Under the pieces are notes generated by a model. It had not been told where the DNA came from, did no database searches, and worked only from the letters and a program-made list of their open reading frames with translations. A DNA stretch of 64,000 nucleotides from the human T2T-CHM13v2.0 reference genome, Homo sapiens, in the NCBI RefSeq assembly GCF_009914755.1, contig NC_060935.1; one strand, given 5' to 3'. Below, one piece after another: positions 30,103 to 64,000 of this stretch; position 1 is the first letter of the stretch, and each line of letters begins with the position of its first letter. A program made the position numbers and the translations under genes.

Positions 30103-33100
30103 TCAAGATGATAAATATGCTAATTACTCTGATCTGATCACTAAACATTATATGTACAGAAACATCCTTATGTACCCATAAATATGTACAATTATTACAT
30201 GTCAATTAAAAAGAAAACAGCCAGGCACAGTAGCTCATGGTGTAACCCCAGCACTTGGGAAGGCCAAGGCGGCAGGACTGCTTCGGGCCATAGTTCAAGA
30301 CCAGCCTGAGCAACATACCAAGACTTCATTTCTATTGTTTTTAATAAATAAATAAAAGGAAAAGAAAGAAGATGTGTATACAAGAGAACATTCATAGAGC
30401 ACTGTTCCTAAGAACTCCACACTGGAAGCTACCCAAATGCCTATGAACTGAAAAAGAGAAAATAGCGGGTATATTGATGCAGAGGAATAATACACAGCAA
30501 TGAAAATGACTGAGTAACAACTCCACACACCGCCATTCGTGGATGCCTCTCCTAAACATGATTTTGAGCAAAGAAGCGCAATGCAAACTAAAGTGCTTGT
30601 TATGTGGTACTGCTTAGCAAAAGTACAAAAACAGGTGAAATGAATCTTTGCTGTTTGGAAATCAGAGTAGTGATACGCTTGGTTTGGCCCTAGGATAGTG
30701 ACTGGGAAGAGCCTGGGGTGGGCTCCAGGGGTACCTGACATGCTCTTTTGCTGGGTCTGGGTTGTGGTTACACGTGTGTGCTTGGTTTGTGAAAATTCAT
30801 CAAGCTGTTTCTTATGATATGCACCTTTCTGTGTGCATATCATATTTTGAGAAAAGTTTTAAAATGATCATGTAGATTTATAAAAATCACTTGTAAAATA
30901 CAGAACCATGATTTTTCTTTTAAAAGCGGGTTCAGGTTGCAGATAGAGTAGCGCAGCAGAAGTGAGCTGGGCCCATCAAAGCGGGTTGCTTGCAAAACAA
31001 CATGTGCCATATCTTGTGGTCCTATATTTGTAAGTAAATCAATATATTCATTTACTACGCCAGTGGTGGTTAGTTCTGGGTAGTGGGGTTAAAAGTCATT
31101 TTTAAAATTGTATTTATCTATAAATAATCTACAGTGATCATGTATTACTTCTATACTTGAGCCAAAAAAGTTATCATCAATTTAGCTTTGAAAACCTGCA
31201 GGCATCTCTGGAGAAGCAGCCCAGGTCTGGGACTGGGGAGTGGAAAACACAGTGTTCTCTTTGGTGTTGGAAGATCATGTCCCTGGGGTGAGACCTTGAT
31301 TGAAAGCTGCTAGGGGACCAGCTGCCCCAATGCCTATCACACCAGCTTGATAACACTTATCATGCTTAAGTGCTCCATCTCAGCCTTGCCATGATTGGGT
31401 TCCTTAGATCTCATTCCATTGCTTGATTTGATTGGTTCATGGAACATTTATGAACACCTGTGCCATTGGCAGGGGCTGCCCTGCATCAGAGACACTGCTA
31501 CCAGTCCCCCTGAAAGCCAGGCAATACCATACTGAGTGCCAGGCAGGGCTAATGGCAAAGCAAACGTTGCTGTCTAATCTTTCTGCCGGGCCAGTCTCGT
31601 ACAATGAGATGTTGCGGCTTCCTTGCTGGCAGCCACGGATCAGCCCTGGCTGACAATCAGATCCCATGGGAGCACGTGGTTGCAGAATCAGGATTCCCTT
31701 TTCCATCCCAAGGGTTCCTCTAGTAAAGGGGGCTGAGTGGAATGGCTTCTCCAAGTGCACCTGGGAGGGAGGCTGCAGCCATCATGGAATATTCCTGTCA
31801 CACGCTAACCCATGAACAGAAACCAGGTGGATGTACATGGTCACATAGTCTGGCCAGGGACCAGAGCCTCCGGAGACCCAGGTTCAGGTCCCATCTGTGT
31901 CATTACTTAGTTATGTGAACCTGCACTGATCACTTAACCCCTTTGAGCTACATCACTTGCGAAAAAGTGGGGGTTATAGTATAATAATTCTTTTTTAAAA
32001 TAATTCAAAGCATTCAGAAAAGCACAAATAGGCACACAAATGTAAGCACTGCTGTGTGGTGGGAGATTTGCAGATGACCTGACCAACAATGTCACCTTCC
32101 CCCTTTTCAGATCACTCACATTACCTGAGCAGAAAAACAACTAGCAGAGCACTGAAATGGTCCCAAAAGAGGGAAGAGCAAGAGGCAATCAGGTGGATCC
32201 TTTTCGAGTTATCAACAAGGTTTCCAGTCCTGTTTTCTATTGCTGATGAGAAGTTAACACACATTGAATGACTTATAACAACTCACATTGACTCACTATC
32301 TCAGTTTCTGTGGGTCAGGAATCCAGGCTCGGTTCAGCTGAGGCCTCTGTCAGTCAGGGATGTCAGCCTGGTCTGTGGTCTCATCTGAGGCTTGACTGGA
32401 GAAGGATCTGCTTCCATGCTCACACGCTTGCTGGCAGGATTCAGTTACTTGCAGATTGTCACACTGAAAGCCTGAGTTCCTTGCTGGCTGTCAGCTGGAG
32501 GCCACCCTTCGTTCCTTCCTCTTGGGCCTCTTTATAGAGCAGCTTTCTTTATCAGAGTCAGCAAGGGGAAGAGTCTATACAGAGAGTGTGCTAGCAAGAC
32601 ACAAGCTACAAGCCTGTATAATGTCATCACAAAACTGACATCCCATCTACTTTGCTGTATCCTGTTAGTTAGAAGCAAGTCCTGCCTACACAAAAGGGGA
32701 GGGGATTATACAGGGGTGTGACCACCAGCAGCATGAATAATTGGGGGCCATCCTACAGTCTCTCTGCCATACCCCTGAATTGGTGTCAGCAAGCATGCCA
32801 GCGTCCCTCAGGGTGCTAAAATCTCTAATGTGGAGAAACATTATCATCTTCACCAATCTGAGAGCTTCCCCTCAATGTGATCCAAATATCCATCCAGGTG
32901 GAAAGGAAGAGCCCCTTCCACACCAGCTTTCCCTTCAACTGACCACAAATGCGCCAAAGGCACGGCCTAGTCCTACCATGCTCAGGGATGTACCCTCCGC
33001 AGCTAGAGCATCCCTGCACGGTACACAGCAAGTGCACAATAAGGCATTTGAATGAATGTGTAAAGGGGCTTGCACGTTTCTGCCTGGGGAATCTTCCTTC

Positions 33101-34345
33101 TGCTTCCCAAATATACTTCTCTGCTCAAAATTCCCATGTGGGCCCCAGACAAACTGTGCCCCCAAAATCAGTGCCCATCCTTGGGCTCCAAGCTCCCTCC
33201 CTTCCATCTGGTGGCAGCCTTGAGTGAGGGGATTCCATCTGGTGCCCCCAGAACTTAGGCAGCATCTTCAGGACCATCAGGTTCCTCACATGAGTGCTAG
33301 GATCAACCCATACTTAAGGTGACGGATACTCCAAATACCCTGACTTCATCATTACTCTTTCTATGCATGTAACAGAATATCACATGAACCCAAAAAATAT
33401 GTAAAATATTATGTATCCATAAAGAGAGAGAGGGCCAGGTGCAGTGTGGTTCACTGTAATCCCAGCACTTTGAGAAGCTGAGGCAGGAAGATCGCTTGAG
33501 CCCAGGAGTTCGAAACCAGCCTGGGCCACATAGTGAAGCCCTGTCTCTACAGAAAATACAAAAGTTAGCTCGGTGTAGTGGCTCATGCCTTTCGTCCCAG
33601 CTACTCAGAGCCTGAGGCCAGAGGACTGATTGAGCGTGGGAGGTTGAGGCTGCAGTAAGCCATGTTCATGCCACTACGCTCTACCCTGAGTGACAGAATA
33701 AGACCCTGTCTCAAAAAAAAAGAAAGGGAGAGAGAGAGAGAGAAGCTTGAGAGGAAGAGAAGGAGGCACCAGAGGACGTGAACGTGGAAAATACAAGGGC
33801 TAGTCATACTGGAGTAACATTCACAGTTAAAAAAAAGAAAAGAAAACAAAAGAAAATGGGCCCAGGATTCACATTTGGGGCACAAAGATTTCAACTAACT
33901 GGGGAGTGTGTAATGTCAATGTGTTTTCTACCAACCACCACTGTCCCTGAACTTATCCACACTGCCCACTCCTCAATACTCACCTGGAGGCACTGGGGGC
34001 AACTTGGAGCTTTTATAGAACCTGTGGCTCTCATGGCTGGACAGTCTGAGGATGCCCCAGGGGATCCGATTTCAGAACAAGACCCTGAGACAGGGCTTCC
34101 TATCTACCTGGTGACCTCCCCGCTCCCCTGTCCTCCTCCCCAGCAATTTCTGCATCAGAGTTTTCACTCTACTTTCTTCACTGAATAAAAGCTCACAAAG
34201 TGGAGGATCCATTGGGTTGGTAAGGATCCTCTTTCTTTTTTCTTTTGTCTTTTTTTTTTTGTTATTGTTGTTGTTTTGTTTGAGACGGAGTCTAGCTCTG
34301 TCACGCAGGCTGGAGTACAGAGGCAAGATCTCGTCTCATTGCAAC

Positions 34346-35314
<969 letters not shown>

Positions 35315-35615
35315 TAGGCTAGTCAGATGCCCAACAACCCCACACAATGACACTTATGTGGGGAATTGTGTCCTGAGTCCCAAACGACTGACCCCCCCAA
35401 TGTGCTGTGAATAAGCAGTGACCACAACCAGTACCACCTATGACTGAGTCGGGAGGCTGCTCTCTAAGAACCCCAGCTGCGTGACCACGGGGACAAATCA
35501 GGCCACCTGGGGCTCCTTCACATCTGTCCATTGCTGTGTTAAAAGTACTTTTAAACAACTTTGTCGAAATGCTCAGCTTGTAAAGTTTTAATGTAGGCCC
35601 TTGTCAATGCTTCAG

Positions 35616-35702
35616 AAATAAGCCTCTGGCGGCGCGACAGAGCAAAACTCCCTCAGGAAAGAAAGGAAAGAAATGGAGAAAGGGAGAAAGGGAGAAAGAG
35701 AG

Positions 35703-35743
<41 letters not shown>

Positions 35744-35946
35744 AAGAGAGAAAGAGAAAGAAAGAAAAGAAAGAAAGAAAAAGAAAGAAAGGGAAAGAAA
35801 GAAGGAAAGGAAGGAAAGAAAAGAAAGGAAAGAAAGGAAAAGAAAACAAATAAGCCTCCAGGTCATTGCTTAGAAAGAAAAAGAAAAAAGAAAGAAAGAA
35901 AAGAAAGAAAAAGAAAAGAAAAGAAAATAGCCTCCCGGTCATTGCT
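35616..35946 (+). repeat. Expanded purine-rich tracts upstream of PGA5
   Basis: Same structure; TSD-to-TSD distance is 232 bp versus 137 bp in PGA4. Confidence 0.8.
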
Positions 35947-35992
35947 CCTCTCTCTCTCTGCGGGTCCACCCCCATGGCACCCTCCCCCCTCC

Positions 35993-36222
35993 CCATGGTG
36001 CAAGGTTACAATGGAAAGTGCCTCAGCTGGAAAGGTCTCAGAATGTGGCTCAGGGCAGCCACAATCTTATCAGGAGCTTCTCTGTTTGGGATCAGGGGAA
36101 CCGGTGACTTTCAGAGGCCGATAAGGCGGGACCCAACTTGTATATAAGGGGCAGCTCATGCTGCTGCTCTGCACCTTCCTCCCATCTTGCCTTCTCCCTC
36201 GAGTTGGGACCCGGGAAGAACC
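35993..36222 (+). promoter_or_regulatory. PGA5 proximal promoter and 5'UTR
   Basis: TATATAA 36141-36147, CAGCTG 36024-36029, two GATA motifs; essentially identical to the PGA4 promoter, with one 5'UTR difference seen (G17351 vs A36184). Confidence 0.8.
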
Positions 36223-46269
<10,047 letters not shown>

Positions 46270-46409
46270 GCCTAAGTCTCTTCAGCCACCTCCCAGGAAG
46301 ATCTGGCCTCCGTCCTATGCCCACTTTAGATGTATCTAATTCTCCTGACTGTTCTTCCCAGGGGAGTGTGAAGGTCTTGGCCCTGTTCCCTGTCCTACCA
46401 ATAACGTAG

Positions 46410-46415
46410 AATAAA
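46410..46415 (+). terminator. Poly(A) signal AATAAA, PGA5
   Basis: AATAAA 141 nt after the stop codon. Confidence 0.8.
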
Positions 46416-46780
46416 AACATAACCCACTGAAACAGGTTTTGTGGAGCTGCTTCTCTTTGCTGGTCTTTTTCCTTCACATTACTGGGGTTAGAACGCCAGG
46501 GCAGGGATGAAAATGACCACATCCACTTGGATGGCACCCAACATAGTGACCCCAGCAGCTGACACTTCATGATGGAGCCAGGAAGACAGAGAGGCTTCAG
46601 GGGGTTGTGCTGGAAGCATCATAAAAAGACCTGGGGGCCAAAATACTGAGCTAATTGTCTTCTCATAGAAGGGACACAGAGCTGAGATCCTGCCATTGTA
46701 CTCTATCCTGGGCGACACAGAGAGACTCCAGCTCAAAGAAAAAAAAAATAGGGCACTGAAGCTCTTAGTTGAGGGAGTCA

Positions 46781-47261
<481 letters not shown>

Positions 47262-48189
47262 TTATAGGATGCCCTTGTGATTCGCTGGCTACCAAGACTA
47301 ACAGTTAATCTCCCCCAAGTCCCAGGCATAAGACACTGAATCCATCTGTTTCCCCATCTGTAACCAAAGAGAAAGGTCTTCCACTTCCCTGAGCAGAGGT
47401 TGTGAGACAGAGAATTAAGCATGTTCATTAGCATATATGCCCTAGAAAGGCAAAGAGGAAATGGAGCAGTTTCTCAGACTGGGCTTGGTAGCAAAATGTT
47501 CAATGGAAAACACAGTTTCAGAATAAGTATAGAACATGCTACATTCTAGGCCCTTCCCCAGGGTTCACCAGCTACAGTTCCCAATCAAAAGCTCTGACAA
47601 GTCCTGCTGCAAAGTGATCTGTTTCTTTTTTACTCAGCTGAGCTTCATCTCAGACTCTCTCTTGCTAGTAAGTCTATTACAGCCCTGGGCTCCCCGGCAT
47701 GCATGCTGGGAAAATTCCCATAGCTCCTGCTTCTGGTGACAGCCGACCTAGGCTGTCTGCTGAAGACACAAACCCAGAGGCTGGAGCTGGGCTCTAGGAA
47801 GGGCGGGGGTGAGCTCCAACACCCAGTCTCCCCAGGGTCACTCTCACCCTCCCAAGCCCATTTTCCATAGCTGAATAAACTTTAGGAAACATAAATTTCA
47901 TCTCATCCCTTCCTTGCTTTAAACTCTTAATGCCTTCTTGCCATTGCCGTTGGAATAAAACAGCAAATCTTTGGCATAGTTCCAGGTCCTGTGTGCTCCT
48001 TTCCCTCCAAACCTTCCCTGCTTCACTCTGATCCCGTTACCCTGAGCTCCGTCCACCCTGGCCTCCCACGGCCACAAAAGCCCATGTGTTCTTCCCACCT
48101 CCAGACTTTGCACATGCTGTTCCCTTTGCCTGGGTTGCTTTTCCCTCTTTCTTGACTTGCTAACACCTAGCATCTGCAGACGTGGCTTA

Positions 48190-49019
<830 letters not shown>

Positions 49020-50174
49020 TCGGAAAGATCTTAAAAAGAGGGTAAGTTAAAAAAAAAAAAAAGTGAATTACAGCGATTTTGAGCCTCTGTAAGTTTGTCC
49101 TACTTAGAAACCTACCGTGACTTGCCTTCAGGCCATGCATCTAATAACCTTTAAAATCAGGTCTCTTGAAACAGGTCTGATCATTCTGCCCTTTGAGAAG
49201 CTGCCAGGTGCAAGGGAAACTGAGGCCACAGAATAAGCTTCCGACACACCCCCATTCTGTTCTGTTTCTCAGAACCCTAAAAGTGGAATCCTAGCTCAGG
49301 AAAAATGCAAGGTGTCTCCATCCAAGAACAAACACTCCCTTGCTTGTTGGAGCACAGGCTCCCGAGAATTCAGAGCAGCTTATCCCATTAAAGGCACTGC
49401 GCGCCCCGCTGGGGGCTTCAGGTGGACTCCTGCCTCCTGGTGCACTGCGGTTTACCGTGCACAGAACATGTGCTTACATGGCCCAGTGAGAGCCCTGACC
49501 CAGCCCTCCACCCATGGCTCCTGCACCTCTGCCCCAAGAGCCTTCTGGTGCCTGGGGACAAGCAGAAAGGCAGGCTCAGTACTATGGCAAGGCCAGCAGG
49601 GTGTGCTAGAGAGCCAAAAGCCCAGGACAAGGCTCGACCAGTGAGGGACGAAAGTTGAGGGACAACTACTGGTGCATCTTCACACCCTTGGGGGACAATC
49701 CTCAGGCAAGGCATGGGCTCCACAGTCTTCCAGAAGGTCCCTAGGACAAAGTGCCAATTGCCCATAGCTGCAACCGGCTCATCAATGCCCCTTGATTGGT
49801 CTTTTTCTCTTGGCTCTCACCCGAATACTATCTCTGGGTCTGCTTTAGGGGGAACCCAAACTAAAATAGTGTTCACAGGGCCCCTCCTAAACTGTGGGCC
49901 ATCAGCTGTCTCTCCAAACACCAACAGGAGAACCTCATCAGGTGAAATGTGAAGCGAAGGAAAAACACCTGGACTGGGAGTCAGACGAATGAGGCTGTCT
50001 TCCCATTCAGCCGTCATAATCTGTGCAGCCTTAGAACACTCTCCTAACTTCTCTGAGCCTCTGCTTCTCAGCTGTAATATTGGGTGGGGAACAGTCCAGT
50101 TAAACATGTTTTTATACTCGGAAAAACTTGGGAAAAGTGTTTACAGCTGTCCCCCTGCCCCACCCCCAACCAAT

Positions 50175-50469
<295 letters not shown>

Positions 50470-50795
50470 TCCTTTTTTTTAAACATTCAAAATGAACATC
50501 ATTGACATGAGTCCTATTTGCAGAGGCAGGTGGGGGGGACTAGTATTAAACTTAAATTGCATGCTAACTTATTGCATAAAGGAACAGCAATGAGGAAATT
50601 GGCACTAATTTTTAGCCACTACCATTTTGACAGATGGACTTGTTTGAAAAGTTGCAGCATGGGGGCAATGAGAATTCTACGCTTTTATCCTGAAATCAGA
50701 CCCCACGTGGCATCACCAAGCCGGGTGGGCTGTAGCAAGTTTAGGGGCCACAGGGCCACAAGTGCAAACCACTGAGACTTATGGAGGCATTATCA

Positions 50796-51185
<390 letters not shown>

Positions 51186-51569
51186 CTAGTCCAGCTGAGC
51201 AAGGCTCCAACTTGAGATTCATTGGCTGCAGACCCCGCTCATGACCATGACCCTTTGTATCTTACTGGACAAAACGGCCTCTAAGTCCTTTGCCTCTCTA
51301 AACTGTTTGGTTTCCATGCTCCTATCTCCCACATTTATTATTCCTGCCACCAGCCGCAGGTTAGAGGCCAGGACTACACTGTCGTCTGGACTGGATACCA
51401 GGTTGCCTTTGCAGCCAGGAAACACTTCAGCAGACCCTTCGCCCTGGGACACAGAGTGAGTAGCAGGTCAGAGAAGGGCTCAGAAGAGGGCGGCCTCGGC
51501 AAAGCGATGGGCCATGCCCGGGGGTGCTTTCACTCCGCAGCCTCCATGGGTTTCAGTGGTAGCAAGTGT

Positions 51570-51856
51570 GGGGCTGCAGGCCCGTAATCCCAGTACTCAG
51601 GGAGGCTGAAGTGGGAGGATCGCTTGAGCCTAGGAGTTCAAGACCAGTCTGGGCAACACAGCGAGACCCTATTTCTACAAAATTTTTTTAAAAGTTAGAC
51701 AGGCGTGGTGGCATGTGCCTCTAATCCCACCCACCCGGGAAGCTGGGGTGGGAGGAAGGCTTGAGCCCATGAGGTTGAGGCTGCAATGAGCCGTGATCAT
51801 GCCACTACACTCCAGCCTGGATGACAGGGCAACATCCTGTCTCAAAAAAAAAAAAA
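51570..51856 (+). mobile_element. AluJ-like element
   Basis: J diagnostics, TSD TGGTAGCAAGTG. Confidence 0.85.
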
Positions 51857-52263
51857 TGGTAGCAAGTGGTGACTTGGTGACAGAGCAGCTTCTGCTTTCC
51901 AGCCCCACATCACTTCCCTTATCACAAATCCGCATCCCCCCATTCATGACGGCACTGTCCTCTTTCCGTCTCTCATGCACACTGTGCTACACTGCCCAGA
52001 TCCCCCCACTAGGACTGAAGGATCAGTCTCCCAGCTGCTGGGAAGGTGGTTGATAGCAGCTCTCTGGTCAATATGAGGCAGAAAGCCCTGCCCCGTAGCT
52101 CCAGCTCAGGACAGCTCCGAAGGGCCAGCCTAACCCCAGAGCTCCCAGAGGGGGCTGGCTGAGGCTTCGAGAAGGCCCAGCAGCCCCAACTCTCCCTCCC
52201 TGCTCCTTCCCCGCTGCCCACAGGTGTTCCTGCTGAAAACACGTCTTAAGAAACTGCTGGCCC

Positions 52264-52553
<290 letters not shown>

Positions 52554-52650
52554 GAAACTGCTGGTCTGTCATTTCGTCTCAGAGGTTCCTTCCCAGAAGC
52601 AAGTCCTCTCCATCATCTTTTCCCTTCTCACTGTGGAAGCCCCCCAGTGT

Positions 52651-53060
52651 CTGTATGGTATTCCATGGTGTACATACTATGCAGCCATAAAAAAGAATGA
52701 GATAATGTCCTTTGCAGGAACATGAATGGAGCTGGAGGCCATCATCCTTAGCAAAGTTACGCAGGAAGAGAAAACCAAATACCGCATGTTCTCATTTGTA
52801 AGTGGGAGCTAAATGATGAGAACACATGGACACATAGACACGAAAAGCACACACTGGGGTCTATGGAAGGGTGGAGGGAGGGTAGAGGGAGAGACTTAGG
52901 AAAAATAACTAATGGGTACTAAGCTTAATCCCTGGGTGATGAAATAATATAATCTGTATGACAAACCCCTGTGACACGAGTTTAACTATATAATAAACCT
53001 GCACATGTACCCCTGAACTTAAAATAAAAGTGAAAAAAAGAAAAAAGAAAACAGAAAAGA
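52651..53060 (+). mobile_element. L1PA/L1P 3' end fragment
   Basis: TATGCAGCCATAAAAAAGAATGAG...GTGGGAGCTAAATGATGAGAACACATGGACAC...CCTGCACATGTACCCCTGAACTTAAAATAAAAG plus A-rich tail. Confidence 0.88.
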
Positions 53061-53292
53061 AAATCATGATCTTGGGGAAAAAAATAAAAAGAAGTCTCCC
53101 AATATAAAAGGCCGCCAAGTGCTTACAGGAGACCCTTCCCCAGCCCAGTCACAATTTGGTGCCAGCTTTTCTCCCCAGCAGTGGGGTAAAGGTGGATGCT
53201 CACTTACCACCTGTGGGCTTGGGGTCACGTTTCCCACCTTCCCACAGGTAAGCGGTGAATGAGCAGTGCAGCATGGGGAAACCGAGACAACC

Positions 53293-53298
53293 TTTAAT
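53293..53298 (-). terminator. Probable VWCE poly(A) signal ATTAAA
   Basis: TTTAAT on + (ATTAAA on -), about 365 nt past the VWCE stop codon. Confidence 0.6.
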
Positions 53299-53662
53299 CA
53301 GGAAACCTCAGAGAGACGCATGACACCTGGCGGTACAGTCCCAGTGAGTGGAATCCCAGCCGGACGCAACTCTTCCTCCAGGAGAACTTGGCAGTCCCAA
53401 CCCTTCTCAAAAGATGAGCCAGCCACGCGGTCCAGGGAGGATGCTGACAGTGGAAACGACTTCCTCCATTCTTACAGCACATTCCAAACACTTCTTGGGA
53501 ACAAGGTTACATCCAGCCTTGGGGGTCTTCCATCCTCACCAGGGCCCCTGCAGGAGGGAGCCCAGGCATCCCCACCAGGTTCATCCTTGGAGCTGCCCTG
53601 CACACACCCTGGGCCACTGGCAGAGGTCCTCTCTCCAGAGTCTCCCGGACACAGTGACCTCC

Positions 53663-64000
<10,338 letters not shown>

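Noticed and set aside
35604-35996. Phe/Leu/Ser-rich and Lys/Arg/Glu-rich ORFs
   Set aside because: Translations of the GA-rich microsatellite.
50550-50585. Octamer-like and C/EBP-like motifs between PGA5 and VWCE
   Set aside because: Short AT-rich motifs expected by chance; no supporting evidence from sequence alone.

Overview
Human (primate) genomic DNA, the pepsinogen A cluster (chr11q12 by established knowledge). Three tandem ~18.7-18.8 kb copies of the 9-exon pepsinogen A gene lie on the + strand. Copy 1 is truncated by the window start (exons 3-9; PGA3 by position). Copy 2 is complete and PGA4-type (E58/Q222/A265/L353). Copy 3 is complete and PGA5-type (E58/K222/T265/V353). The last six exons of VWCE follow on the - strand, convergent with PGA5. 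The rest is Alu, L1, L2, MER20, MER47, MaLR and LTR12 repeats. I found no new gene system. The most interesting signals are structural: (1) a chimeric Alu that appears to be the duplication breakpoint, with the interrupted L1 resuming only downstream of PGA5; (2) a ~1.3 kb Alu-Alu deletion 3' of PGA5; (3) a net 914-bp loss between inverted Alus in intron 5 of copies 1 and 2, leaving a hairpin; (4) a patchwork of gene-conversion tracts; (5) an internally deleted solo LTR12 inside an Alu upstream of the promoter; (6) an in-frame, stop-free intron 7. Paralog comparisons were done by eye, and repeat subfamily names come from recalled consensus features, not from a search.
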